Shown here piece by piece: positions 37,079-46,917 of a stretch of 64,000 bases of DNA. The notes under the pieces are model-generated. The model had not been told where the DNA came from. It worked only from the letters and a program-made list of their open reading frames with translations, and ran no database searches. Every line of letters begins with the position of its first letter. The first letter of the stretch is position 1. Both the position numbers and the translations under genes were made by a program. The stretch lies in NCBI GenBank assembly GCA_963787445.1, contig CAWBCT010000005.1, forward strand, positions 352,001-416,000, read 5' to 3'. This stretch comes from an uncultured archaeon (GTDB lineage Archaea; Micrarchaeota; Micrarchaeia; Micrarchaeales; CABMGC01).

Positions 37079-38428
37079 ATGGAATGGCTCTCGATAATAA
37101 AGGACTCGGACCCGGAGCTCTACGGCTACATGAAGGATGAGCTGGAGAGGCAGCGCACCTCGCTGGAGATGATCCCTTCCGAGAACTTCACGAGCGAGGC
37201 CGTGCTGCAGGCGATGGGAAGCATACTGACAAACAAGTACTCCGAAGGCTACCCTGGAAAGAGGTACTATGGAGGAAATGAGTTCATCGATAAGATAGAG
37301 AGGCTGGCAATAGCGCGCGCCAGGGAGGTGTTTGGCGTTGTGCATGTGAACGTGCAGCCCTATTCAGGGTCGCCGGCGAACCTGGCAGTTTATCTGGCGG
37401 TGTGCAAGCCAGGAGAGACGATAATGGGCCAGGCGCTCTACGATGGAGGGCATCTGACCCACGGGTCGCCGGCCAGCGCCACGGGCCAGATCTTCAGGAG
37501 CGTGCAGTATCACGTAAAGGCAGACGGATTGATTGATATTGAAGAGGTCAGGAGGCTTGCTCAGGAGAACAAGCCCAAGCTGATCTGGGTAGGCTTTACT
37601 GCCTATTCAAGGCCACTTCCATTCAAGGAATTTGCAGAGATAGCCGACAGTGTTGGAGCGTATCTCGCGGCTGACATCTCGCACATATCCGGATTGGTGG
37701 TAGGGGGCGCACATGAGAGTCCCGCCAAGTATGTTCACATAATTACAACTACGACTCACAAGACCCTAAGGGGACCGAGGGGGGCGATGATAATGGTAAC
37801 ACAGAAAGGAGTCCAGAAAGATCCTGAGCTACCATCAAAGATTGACAAGAGCATATTTCCTGGACTGCAGGGTGGTCCGCATGACCACCAGACCGCTGGA
37901 ATAGCAATCGCGCTTATGGAAGCGGCGAAGCCAGAGTTCAGGGAGTACGCGCGCCAGATTGTAGCAAATGCAAAGGCGCTGGCAGACGGCCTGATGAAGA
38001 ACGACCTGAAGGTCGTGACGGACGGTACGGATAACCACCTCATACTTGTTGATCTCTCAGGCATAGCTCCGGGAATGGGAGTGTTTGCGCAGGATGCGCT
38101 TGATGAAGCTGGAATAACAATGAACAAGAATACAGTTCCGGGCGAAAGGTCTTCACCATTCCATCCGAGCGGGTTGCGAATGGGCACTCCGGCATTGACG
38201 ACCAGAGGCATGAAAGAGAAGGAGATGGCGCTGATTGCAGAGTTCATAAGCCAGGCCATAGAACAGATAAAGGAGGAACGCTTGCCGACGGACAAGGAGA
38301 CGCGCATCGCTTATATGAAAGAGTTTAGGAAGAGGGTAGAAAGCAATTCAAAATTAAAGGAGATAAGAAAAGATGTTGCAGAATTGTGCGGACAGTTTCC
38401 GCTTTATCCTGAAATGCAGATGCTATGA
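37079..38428 (+). CDS. glyA: Serine hydroxymethyltransferase (bacterial-like)
   Basis: LTNKYSEGYPGKRYYGG, GGHLTHG, TTTHKTLRGPRG and GTPALTTRG. Confidence 0.97.
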   Translation: MEWLSIIKDSDPELYGYMKDELERQRTSLEMIPSENFTSEAVLQAMGSILTNKYSEGYPGKRYYGGNEFIDKIERLAIARAREVFGVVHVNVQPYSGSPANLAVYLAVCKPGETIMGQALYDGGHLTHGSPASATGQIFRSVQYHVKADGLIDIEEVRRLAQENKPKLIWVGFTAYSRPLPFKEFAEIADSVGAYLAADISHISGLVVGGAHESPAKYVHIITTTTHKTLRGPRGAMIMVTQKGVQKDPELPSKIDKSIFPGLQGGPHDHQTAGIAIALMEAAKPEFREYARQIVANAKALADGLMKNDLKVVTDGTDNHLILVDLSGIAPGMGVFAQDALDEAGITMNKNTVPGERSSPFHPSGLRMGTPALTTRGMKEKEMALIAEFISQAIEQIKEERLPTDKETRIAYMKEFRKRVESNSKLKEIRKDVAELCGQFPLYPEMQML

Positions 38429-38902
38429 GTCAATCCTCTCGTATTTCTTGTAAGTGAACTGGTCAAAGTCTCTGGTCTCTATCTCTTTCCATTGGTTAAG
38501 ATCAATTTTAGGGAAGATTATGTCGCCATCGTACTGTTTTTTCACCCAGGAAATTTGGAGGTACTTTGCCATCGGCAACATTTGTGTATACAGTTGGGCA
38601 CCGCCTATGCAATAGACCTTCTTTTTGTAAGTCGCGGCGAGTTTCAGGGCCTCTTCTACAGTCGCACATATAACTGCACCCTCCTGTAGCGGAAGGGTTC
38701 GGCTCACAATTATATTTACTCGGTCAGGTAGTGGTCTTGACTTGGGTGAGAGAGACAACCAGGTGTTTTTCCCCATGATAACTACGGTTCCTTTTGTAGA
38801 TTCCATGAAAAGTTTTGTGTCTTCAGGAATCCTCCAAGGGATGGAGAGACCTTTCCCGATTACGCGATCGTTGGTCATTGCTGCGATAATACTAATCTCC
38901 AT
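38423..38902 (-). CDS. folA: Dihydrofolate reductase
   Basis: IIAAM...VIG...IPW, VIMGKNTW.S, RPLPDRVNIIVS, IGGAQLY and GD..FP. Confidence 0.93.
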   Translation of the reverse strand: MEISIIAAMTNDRVIGKGLSIPWRIPEDTKLFMESTKGTVVIMGKNTWLSLSPKSRPLPDRVNIIVSRTLPLQEGAVICATVEEALKLAATYKKKVYCIGGAQLYTQMLPMAKYLQISWVKKQYDGDIIFPKIDLNQWKEIETRDFDQFTYKKYERIDS

Positions 38903-38903
38903 A

Positions 38904-39776
38904 TCAAACAGCTATGTCGAACTTTATTGTAGGGTAGCTTTCATAATTCTCAATTTTCGTTGCCGTTGACTCCCACTTGAATATGTTTGTAAAGCTTTCT
39001 GTCCTAATTTGAGGTAATTTATACTTCGTTGGGTCTCTGCTGAGTTGTTCTTTCGCCCCATCAATGTGGTTTTCGTAGATGTGAACGTCTGCAAGAAAAC
39101 CAACTAGCTTTCCTTCTTTCAGATTCGCTTCCTTTGCCAAAAGATGGAGAAGAAGCGCGTAGCTTGCAATATTGAATGGTAATCCGAGCATTGTGTCGAC
39201 AGAACGCTGGTTCCACAAAAGATTGAGTTTGCCACCAATTACTGTGACCTGGAAGCAGTAATGGCAAGGTGGCAGGCCCATCTGGCCTATCTGTTGTGGG
39301 TTCCATGCAGACACGACCATCCTTCTGTCCATCGGGTCTGTTTTAAGTTTCTCGACTATTTTAGTAAGCTGATCAACACCTTTACCCTCATAGTTTGTGT
39401 CATAATTATCGTACTCCGCATTGAAGTGTCTCCATTGGAAGCCATAGATTGGGCCAAGGTCTGCTTCGGAAAGCATTCTCTTCTTTGATTCATCAGTGTG
39501 CCCATAGGGGGCCTTCTGTGGGTTTGCCCACTCATCCCAGATATGATTGTTGCGCTCCTGCAGCCAGCGTTTGTCTGTGAGTCCTTTGATGAAGAACTCA
39601 AGTTCGGAGGAGATGTTCTTGAACGGGACCTTTTTAGTTGTAAGAAGAGGGAAACCCTTTGCCATGTCGTGTTCAAAAAGTGCGCCAGCTATCGCGAGTG
39701 TTTTTACACCGGTGCGATTATCTTTCCATTCCCCTTCGGTGAGTATTCTGTTGACAATTTTAAGGTACTCCTCCAC
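38904..39776 (-). CDS. thyA: Thymidylate synthase (ThyA, bacterial-like)
   Basis: FPLLTTKK, GPIYGFQWR, LPPCH, QRSVD..LGLPFN and DVHIYENH. Confidence 0.97.
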   Translation of the reverse strand: MEEYLKIVNRILTEGEWKDNRTGVKTLAIAGALFEHDMAKGFPLLTTKKVPFKNISSELEFFIKGLTDKRWLQERNNHIWDEWANPQKAPYGHTDESKKRMLSEADLGPIYGFQWRHFNAEYDNYDTNYEGKGVDQLTKIVEKLKTDPMDRRMVVSAWNPQQIGQMGLPPCHYCFQVTVIGGKLNLLWNQRSVDTMLGLPFNIASYALLLHLLAKEANLKEGKLVGFLADVHIYENHIDGAKEQLSRDPTKYKLPQIRTESFTNIFKWESTATKIENYESYPTIKFDIAV

Positions 39777-39853
39777 AGAACCACTTTGAGATAGGTGTGC
39801 CTTAAAATATATTAAATGTAATCAGGCAGGCTTGTAGGAAGGTAATTTGGATT

Positions 39854-40951
39854 TTAGAATATACCAAATTTCTTCTTGTCCTTGCCTTCGTGGAGCTCCC
39901 TGAATCTCTTTATTGTTTCTTCTTCATCCCTTGAGAGCGACTTGGGAATATCCACTTTTATGGTCGCGATCAGGTCTCCCGAGCCGCTCGAGTTGAGATG
40001 CTTTATTCCCTCACCCCTTACTTTTACCTCCTCGTTCTGCTGCGTGCCCGGGCTGATCATCACGCTCTTGGGCCCTTTAAGGGTTGGGACGCTTATATTC
40101 CCCCCGAGTATGGTTGTGTAGAAGGGCACTTTCACCGAGACGTGGAGGTCGTCGCCATCCCTTTCAAACTCCCTGTCACTCTCGACCCCGATTTCAATAA
40201 ATAGGTCTCCCTGTCCGTTCTTTCCGAAGTCTCCCATGCCCTCAAGCCTGAGCCGCATCCCGTCCCTCACGCCGGCCGGTATTGAAACCTGAACTTTTTC
40301 GTTGGCGACCGAGCTGCCCTTGCCGGAACAGGTCCTGCACTTCTTCTCGTAGGTGCTTCCGGCTCCGCCGCAGTTGTTGCACACTGCCATGACCTGCATG
40401 CGGCCGAAGATTGTGTTGCTTATGGTGCGCACATTGCCGGCGCCCTTGCACTCCGAGCACTTTATCACCCTGGATCCGGGCTCTGCGCCCGAGCCGGCAC
40501 ACCTGCTGCACTTGCCTATGTGCTTTATCGAGACCTCCTTCTTTGCTCCGGTGGAGGCCTCCCTAAGGGTTATGTCCATATGGTAAAGGAGGCTCCGCCC
40601 GGTGTTTGCATCCTGGGCGCCGTACATGTTTCCGAATGGGCTGCCGCCTCCAAAGTTGAAGTTTACGCCCATCTCCCGAAGTATGTCGTTGATGTTTGAG
40701 CCTCTGAAGATGTCCTCCTGGCTGAACTGCTGGTTGAACGCGTCGGGGCCGTAGGCGTCGTACTTCTGGCGCTTCTCGGCGTCGCTCAATACCGCGTAGG
40801 CCTCGTTTACCTTTTTGAAATGCTCCTCACTTCCCTTCTCTTTGTTGCGATCAGGGTGCAGCTTCATCGCGAGGTCGCGGTACGCCTTCTTTATCTGGTC
40901 CTGGGTTGCCGATTTCGGAACTCCGAGAACTTGATAGTAGTCGTCCGCCAT
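39854..40951 (-). CDS. dnaJ: Chaperone DnaJ
   Basis: J domain with HPD; four CxxCxGxG repeats. Confidence 0.96.
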   Translation of the reverse strand: MADDYYQVLGVPKSATQDQIKKAYRDLAMKLHPDRNKEKGSEEHFKKVNEAYAVLSDAEKRQKYDAYGPDAFNQQFSQEDIFRGSNINDILREMGVNFNFGGGSPFGNMYGAQDANTGRSLLYHMDITLREASTGAKKEVSIKHIGKCSRCAGSGAEPGSRVIKCSECKGAGNVRTISNTIFGRMQVMAVCNNCGGAGSTYEKKCRTCSGKGSSVANEKVQVSIPAGVRDGMRLRLEGMGDFGKNGQGDLFIEIGVESDREFERDGDDLHVSVKVPFYTTILGGNISVPTLKGPKSVMISPGTQQNEEVKVRGEGIKHLNSSGSGDLIATIKVDIPKSLSRDEEETIKRFRELHEGKDKKKFGIF

Positions 40952-42798
40952 CACTTCTCTACCTTGAAGTCCGCGTTAACGGTGTCATCCCCTCCCGGCG
41001 AGCCAGGCCCTTCTGGGCCGGGGCCCTGCTGCGGACCCATCTCTGGCTCGTTGTCCTTGTACATGCCGGCGCCGATGCCCTTCAGCTCCTCCGTCAGCTT
41101 TTCCGAGAGCTCCTTTATCTTGGGGTCGTCCTCGGCCTTGAGGGCGTCCTTGAGCTCGGTGTTCAGCTTCTCGAACTTTTCCTTCACATCCTCGGCAATC
41201 TTCTCCTTGAACTCCTTCAGGCTCTTGTCGGTAGTGTAGGTCAGCGCCTCTGCCTCGTTCCTTGTCTGCACCCTCTCGAACTCGGCCTTGTCCTGGTCTG
41301 CGAACTGCTCCGCCTCCTTCATCTTCTTGTCTATGTCATCCCGCTTCATCTTGTTTGGCGCGAGCACCTGTATCTTCTGCTCCTTTCCGGTGCCCTTGTC
41401 TTTTGCCGTGACGTGCAGTATGCCGTTGGCGTCGATGTCGAAGGTGACCTCGATCTGGGGTATTCCCCTGGCCGCAGGCGGTATGCCGGTAAGCTGGAAG
41501 TGGCCCAGGCCTATGTTGTCCTTCGCCATCTTCCTCTCTCCCTGCAGGATGTTGATGTCGACTGCGGGCTGGTTGTCTGCCGCTGTGGAGAATACCTGCG
41601 ACTTCTTTATCGGGATTGTCGTGTTCCTCTCAATCAGGGTGGTTGTCACTCCGCCAAGGGTCTCAAGACCGAGCGAGAGCGGGGTAACATCAAGGAGCAC
41701 TATGTCCTTGACCTCTCCGGTCAGGACTCCTGCCTGGACTGCGGCACCGAATGCCACGGCTTCCATGGGGTCCACTCCGCGCTCTATCTTCTTTCCAAGA
41801 AGCTGCTCAACATACCTCTGCACTATCGGCATGCGGGTAGGCCCTCCCACCAGGATGACCCGGTCTATGTCCTTGGGCTCGAACTTTGCGTCCTTGAGCG
41901 CCTGCGTGACCGGGTTGGTCGTGCGCTTGATTATCGGGATTATGACGTCCTCCAGCTTCGCCCTCGTGAGCGGGTATGCGAAATTAACCGGCTTCCCGTC
42001 CTTGCCGACTGCAAGGAAGGGCAGGTTTATCTCCGAAGTGAGGGTCGTAGATAGCTCTATCTTAGCCTTCTCTGCCGCTTCCTTGAGTCGCTGCATGGCT
42101 TGGCTGTCTTTAGTGATGTCAACTCCAAGCTTGGATACCTCGCCAAGTAGAAACTCTGTGAGCATGCGGTCCATGTCTGTCCCGCCGAGCTGCGTGTCGC
42201 CGTTGGTTGACTTGACCTCAAAGACCCCGTTTCCGAACTCCATGATGGTTACGTCAAGGGTGCCGCCGCCAAGGTCGTAGACCATGATGCGCGTGTCCTT
42301 GTTGTTGCTCTTGTCAAGCCCGTAGGCCAGTGCCGCGGCGGTGGGCTCGTTCACGAGCCTTACAACTTCTAGCCCGGCAATCTCTCCCGCATCCTTCGTT
42401 GCCTGCCTCTGGTTGTCGTCAAAGTAGGCGGGTACGGTTATGACCGCCTTGGTCACCTCTTCGCCCAGGAATGCCTCTGCATCCTTCTTTATCTTCTGTA
42501 GCACCATGGCGGAGAGCTCCTGCGGGCTGTACTCCTTTCCGAATGCCTTGTACTTGAAGCTTGTCCCCATCTTTCTCTTGAACGCGCTCAGGGTTGCATC
42601 AGGATTTGCAACTCCCTGCCTCTTTGCAGGCTCGCCTATGAGCCTTTGCCCATCTTTTGTAAATGCAACATAACTTGGGAACGACTTTCCATAGAGCGAT
42701 GTTCCTTCAGCACTCGGTATAAGAACGGGTCTGCCTCCTTCTAGTACCGCTGCTGCGCTGTTCGATGTGCCTAAATCCACTCCGATTACTTTGCTCAT
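40951..42798 (-). CDS. dnaK: Chaperone DnaK
   Basis: [29 protein letters not shown] and [12 protein letters not shown]. Confidence 0.98.
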   Translation of the reverse strand: MSKVIGVDLGTSNSAAAVLEGGRPVLIPSAEGTSLYGKSFPSYVAFTKDGQRLIGEPAKRQGVANPDATLSAFKRKMGTSFKYKAFGKEYSPQELSAMVLQKIKKDAEAFLGEEVTKAVITVPAYFDDNQRQATKDAGEIAGLEVVRLVNEPTAAALAYGLDKSNNKDTRIMVYDLGGGTLDVTIMEFGNGVFEVKSTNGDTQLGGTDMDRMLTEFLLGEVSKLGVDITKDSQAMQRLKEAAEKAKIELSTTLTSEINLPFLAVGKDGKPVNFAYPLTRAKLEDVIIPIIKRTTNPVTQALKDAKFEPKDIDRVILVGGPTRMPIVQRYVEQLLGKKIERGVDPMEAVAFGAAVQAGVLTGEVKDIVLLDVTPLSLGLETLGGVTTTLIERNTTIPIKKSQVFSTAADNQPAVDINILQGERKMAKDNIGLGHFQLTGIPPAARGIPQIEVTFDIDANGILHVTAKDKGTGKEQKIQVLAPNKMKRDDIDKKMKEAEQFADQDKAEFERVQTRNEAEALTYTTDKSLKEFKEKIAEDVKEKFEKLNTELKDALKAEDDPKIKELSEKLTEELKGIGAGMYKDNEPEMGPQQGPGPEGPGSPGGDDTVNADFKVEK

Positions 42799-42809
42799 AT
42801 TTTCACCAT

Positions 42810-43325
42810 TTATTTTTCTTCATTGTTTTCTGTTTCGGCATGGCCCTTCGATACTATCACCGAAGCCGGCCTCAGCATTATTCCATTGAAAGTGTAACCC
42901 TTCCTTACGACGTCTATTATCGTCCCTTCCTTCTCATTTCCTTCTTTTGCCAGTATTATCTCGTGCTTGTAGGGATCAACAACCCCTTTTGCTGCAAGTT
43001 CCGTGAGCCCTTCCTTCTTGAGGGTGTCAACGAAGTTGGAAAACACAAGGGCGAGCCCTTTCTCCTTTTCCACCTTTATGTCAAGGGCGTCCAAGGCGAT
43101 TTCAAACTCGTCCAGTATCGGAAGCATTTTGAGCATCATCTCCGCCTTGCCCATCAGCTTTGCACCTTCGACCTCCCTCGTCGTGCGCTTCTTGTAATTG
43201 TCGAATTCCGCTGCAAGGCGCAGGAAGCGATCCTTTGTCTCTTCCTCTGGGCTTTGCTTCTGCTCCTTCTTTTCAGGAACATCTTCCTCTTGCCTGGGTT
43301 CATTTTCTTTCTTTTCTTCGGGCAT
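42810..43325 (-). CDS. grpE: Nucleotide exchange factor GrpE
   Basis: [19 protein letters not shown] and KGY.....LRPASV. Confidence 0.95.
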   Translation of the reverse strand: MPEEKKENEPRQEEDVPEKKEQKQSPEEETKDRFLRLAAEFDNYKKRTTREVEGAKLMGKAEMMLKMLPILDEFEIALDALDIKVEKEKGLALVFSNFVDTLKKEGLTELAAKGVVDPYKHEIILAKEGNEKEGTIIDVVRKGYTFNGIMLRPASVIVSKGHAETENNEEK

Positions 43326-43728
43326 CGGTATTCCCCTCAAGTATCTCATCCATCTTCTGTGCAAAGCTCAGCATCCTGTCGAACTCCCTGACCATCTCTG
43401 ACTGCAGGTCCTCTATCGTGCTTTCCATGTCTTCTGATCTTAGATAGTATTTTCTGCCGCGCCTTATGACAAGGCCGGAGTAGATGAACCTGTTAAGATG
43501 ATAGATGACTGTGCTGCGCGGCATCTCCAGCTTCTCGTTCAGCTCCTTGCTGGTTATCCCTTCTCCGTTAATGTTGCTCTCCGCAATTTCCTGGAAAAGC
43601 TGGGGCTCAACCGCCTCTGGATTGTTTGCAAGATCGAAAACCTCGCAGAACCATTCAGAGAGCACCTCGGCGTTCTCCTTTCCTGGCTTGTTTATGGCCT
43701 TGATCACGATCTTTGATGTTGCTGCCAT
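43300..43728 (-). CDS. Winged-helix (ArsR-like) transcriptional regulator heading the grpE-dnaK-dnaJ operon
   Basis: ITSKELNEKLEMPRSTVIYHLNRFIYSGLVIRRGRKYYL HTH plus wing; overlaps grpE. Confidence 0.85.
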   Translation of the reverse strand: MAATSKIVIKAINKPGKENAEVLSEWFCEVFDLANNPEAVEPQLFQEIAESNINGEGITSKELNEKLEMPRSTVIYHLNRFIYSGLVIRRGRKYYLRSEDMESTIEDLQSEMVREFDRMLSFAQKMDEILEGNTDARRKERK

Positions 43729-43730
43729 AG

Positions 43731-43789
43731 TCTAACTTATAATTGAATAGATATATAAATATTTGCTTGTTTTCAACAAAAAGTTGAAA
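43731..43789 (-). promoter_or_regulatory. Promoter of the regulator-grpE-dnaK-dnaJ operon: TATA box flanked by two related inverted repeats
   Basis: TTTATATA (minus strand, 43752-43759); tttcaac-N5-gttgaaa at 43771-43789; degenerate tctaac-N5-attgaa at 43731-43747. Confidence 0.65.
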
Positions 43790-43877
43790 GAATGGTCTTT
43801 TGTTGTAAGATTTTCCCTTTGGCCTAAACGTATGGCTTATTAAAGTATTATGTCGTTAGGATATCAAGAGTGGTTAT

Positions 43878-44090
43878 ATGAAAAATACGCATTCGACTAT
43901 AGCAGGGACGGTTCTTTCGCTGTTGTTCGTAGTCATTGGTTTTGCTGCGATATATGCGGCTGTGCTGTCAGCAGGGGGAGTCCCGGCGTCCTACACAGTC
44001 TCACTTGTAATCTTCCTTATAGTGCTGTGGCTGCTTATGCTGCTCATAATGCATGACAGGGAGAACGTAGCTGCAAGAAAGCGCAGATAA
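43878..44090 (+). CDS. Small two-TM membrane protein
   Basis: 70 aa, two hydrophobic helices, basic C-terminus. Confidence 0.7.
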   Translation: MKNTHSTIAGTVLSLLFVVIGFAAIYAAVLSAGGVPASYTVSLVIFLIVLWLLMLLIMHDRENVAARKRR

Positions 44091-44101
44091 AGATGATTTA
44101 A

Positions 44102-44134
44102 GGCGGGGGTCTTGCCCCCACCTCTTTCTATTTT
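44102..44134 (+). terminator. Putative hairpin plus T-rich terminator
   Basis: ggcggggg-tcttg-cccccacc followed by tctttctattttt between convergent genes. Confidence 0.4.
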
Positions 44135-44838
44135 TACAATTTGTTTCTTTTCCTTTCAGCCCGCAGTTTAAGTATGATGTTTATGTAATAAGTGACGTCG
44201 GAGGGCTTCACCTTGGTGTCCTCCTGCTCCTTCCAGCTTACGGGCATGGAGAGCGGCTGCACGCCCTTCCACTCCGACCTTACAATCATCTCGGTGTCAA
44301 AGAACCAGTGGGTATCCTTTATCTCTGGAAGCAGCCCTTTTATGAAACCTGAATCCCAGAACTTGAAGCCGCACTGGTGGTCCCTTATTCTTGATCCGAG
44401 AAGGAGGAATACCAGAAAGTTGTACCAGACACTTGCAAACAGGCGCATCGGGTCTCTGCTCACCCGGGACTCCCTCTCGTAGCGCGCCCCAACAACAACC
44501 TTGTTCCCTTCTTCGACGTGGCGCATTGCGATTGGGATGTAATTAAGTGGGACTGCCAGGTCAATGTCTATGTAGCCTATAACATTGCCTCTTGCGGCCT
44601 TTATTGCGGTCTTTAGGGCTATGCCACGACCGCGCTGCTTGTGAGGAGGGGAGAGAACCCTCACGTTCCTTAACCTTGCAAACTTCTTTGCGATTTGCAG
44701 AGTGTCATCAGTTGAGCCGTTCTCAGCGATTATGATCTCCGAGTCTCCAATCCTCTTTACCTCCTCGTAGATTCTGGGGAAGTTTTTTGACAGATTCTCA
44801 TGCTCGTTGTACACAGGAAGTATCAAGGTGAGCCTCAT
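44134..44838 (-). CDS. GT2 glycosyltransferase, dolichyl-phosphate glycosyltransferase-like
   Basis: LILPVYNE, NGSTD.T, GRGIA, DID, DHQCGFK and WFFDTE. Confidence 0.92.
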   Translation of the reverse strand: MRLTLILPVYNEHENLSKNFPRIYEEVKRIGDSEIIIAENGSTDDTLQIAKKFARLRNVRVLSPPHKQRGRGIALKTAIKAARGNVIGYIDIDLAVPLNYIPIAMRHVEEGNKVVVGARYERESRVSRDPMRLFASVWYNFLVFLLLGSRIRDHQCGFKFWDSGFIKGLLPEIKDTHWFFDTEMIVRSEWKGVQPLSMPVSWKEQEDTKVKPSDVTYYINIILKLRAERKRNKL

Positions 44839-44910
44839 CGTATCCTGAGATATAGAACTTATATGCATATTTATTGTTTTGCGTCCAATCGATATTGCTT
44901 TGGTTGTTTC

Positions 44911-46917
44911 ATGCTTGCTCTGGGCATAATCTTTTACATCTCAAGCATACTTTTCGGAATCAGCCTAGTAAACTACTTCTTTGGCAGGCGCATAGAGGAG
45001 ATACTGGTAAAGTATGCTTTCTCCTTTCCGATTGGCTTTGCTTTCGCGACCTATCTGGTGGTGATATTCGAGGCTGTGGGAGGTTCCTTCAATGACTACT
45101 GTGTTCTGGCAGCTTCAATCATAATGCTCGCGTTCTCATACCTGCTTTATAGAGGGGCTGGGTCGCGGGAGATGTTTGATTGGAAACTCTTCAAGAAGCA
45201 GGTTAATCGTGAAACCTTATTTTATGCACTTATAACGATAGTATTCGTCCTTCTGGCGGCAATGCAGGTTGTGGGTGTTAACAACACGCCCAGGGGCATC
45301 GGAAGCGGGGGAAACTATGGCACCGACTTCCTCTTCCATGTCAGCATAGGAAACTCGCTGGTTTACAGCGGCTGGCCGCCCAGACTGCTTTACGCAAACG
45401 GCGCATCCAACGTGTTCCCATTCATCACCGACTTCTACACATCCATCCTGATGTTCAACGGGATAGGGCCTGTGACTGCGCTTTACCTAATGAACATGCT
45501 GCTTTGGTTTTCGATAGTGGTCATCACAGTTTACTTCGTCTCGCTGATAACAAAGAGGAAAGTGGCGTCCGTTTTTGGCTTCCTTCTCTTCCTTCTGTGC
45601 GGCGTGACGCTCAACGTGCTCATTCTTGCTGCCACAGGAGTAAACCTGCCGAACTCCGGGCTCGCTGGCCTGATCAGCCACTTCAATCTTTACCGGGCGC
45701 TCGGTTTTCAGCTCTTCAATTTCGCAAATCCCATAACAAACAACTTCGCCCCGCAGCACGACCTGCTGCTCGGTTTCCCGTACGCGCTGATAATATTGAG
45801 CGTCCTGTATCTGGCCTTCTTTGAAGGCGCAAAAGAGTACAAGCACACCCCTAAGGAAGGGATTGACAAGCTCTTCGTCTTGATCGGACTGATGGTCGGG
45901 CTTATGCCGCTCGTCCACCCGTTCTCCCTCGTCTTCGTGTTTATTTTCGTGGTGGTTGCTTTTATCTACTCGATGATGAAAGGCGGGAGGAAGAGCAGGC
46001 TGCTTAATCAGTGGGTGCCTTTTGGTGCTGTCGCGGTGATTGTTGGGGTGCCCGAACTGCTGTTCATTCATTCCAGCAAGTTGGCTTCCGGGTTCTACGG
46101 CCTTGTGTTGAATGGGTGGATGTGGTACTCGCCGACCACGTCGCTTCCTTCTCAAATATTACTGCATCTCTTCTTCTGGCTGGAGACGTTCGGACCGATA
46201 GTTGTTGTGGGAATTTTGGGGCTTTACTACTTCCGGAAGAGGATTGTTGTTTTCGTGCCGGCTTTCATCGCCCTGTTGGTGGTCAACCTGGTAAGATTCT
46301 CCCCGAGTTTCGGCGACTCGAACAAGATAACCATCTACTTCCTGCTGTTCATGGCCGCTGCCGCTGTCTTCCTGATGTCTGAATTGTGGAAGAGGAGCAC
46401 CTCCTGGAGAGTGGTGGTCGCCTTTGCGTTCCTCATAATAATAGTTGGCGGCGTGGCCCAGGAGGTTTATGCGCTGGCGAACGGGCCTACGATAGCGGCC
46501 TCGAATGCCGAGATAAACGCGTCCAGCTGGATACTTGCGAACACTTCATCCAACTCAAGCTTTGTGGACAGTTGCTATAACACTGTGTTCGCCCTGTCCT
46601 CCTCCCTGGCGGGAAGGAGAACGCTGATGGAGATTGAGCCGTACATCGGCCTGGTGGGGCTGCAGAACTACGACATAGGCCAGGTCGACCAGCAGATCCA
46701 GAGCTTCATGATCAGGCCCAGCTGCTCGCTTGTGAGCCAGTACAATATCAGCTACGTGATGCTTGAGAACATCAGCACTTTTGCGCCCATCTGGTGCGAC
46801 CAGGTGAATTATAGTGCATTCAGCAACTCAACCGACTTTACACTGGTAAAGAGTGTATACTACAACCTGCCGCCGGACAATGATAAAATACTAATCTACA
46901 AGTCTCTTTGCGGTTAA
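44911..46917 (+). CDS. Multi-TM membrane protein, probable GT-C-fold glycosyltransferase
   Basis: About 13 hydrophobic segments; loop YGTDFLFH; C-terminal WI..NT...SSLAGRR...YNISYV; divergent from the GT2 gene. Confidence 0.7.
   Translation: MLALGIIFYISSILFGISLVNYFFGRRIEEILVKYAFSFPIGFAFATYLVVIFEAVGGSFNDYCVLAASIIMLAFSYLLYRGAGSREMFDWKLFKKQVNRETLFYALITIVFVLLAAMQVVGVNNTPRGIGSGGNYGTDFLFHVSIGNSLVYSGWPPRLLYANGASNVFPFITDFYTSILMFNGIGPVTALYLMNMLLWFSIVVITVYFVSLITKRKVASVFGFLLFLLCGVTLNVLILAATGVNLPNSGLAGLISHFNLYRALGFQLFNFANPITNNFAPQHDLLLGFPYALIILSVLYLAFFEGAKEYKHTPKEGIDKLFVLIGLMVGLMPLVHPFSLVFVFIFVVVAFIYSMMKGGRKSRLLNQWVPFGAVAVIVGVPELLFIHSSKLASGFYGLVLNGWMWYSPTTSLPSQILLHLFFWLETFGPIVVVGILGLYYFRKRIVVFVPAFIALLVVNLVRFSPSFGDSNKITIYFLLFMAAAAVFLMSELWKRSTSWRVVVAFAFLIIIVGGVAQEVYALANGPTIAASNAEINASSWILANTSSNSSFVDSCYNTVFALSSSLAGRRTLMEIEPYIGLVGLQNYDIGQVDQQIQSFMIRPSCSLVSQYNISYVMLENISTFAPIWCDQVNYSAFSNSTDFTLVKSVYYNLPPDNDKILIYKSLCG

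Noticed and set aside
40820..42280. Long plus-strand ORFs (382 and 330 aa) opposite dnaK, and similar ones opposite mcm, tuf and rpo genes
   Set aside because: Antisense shadows caused by biased codon usage of conserved genes
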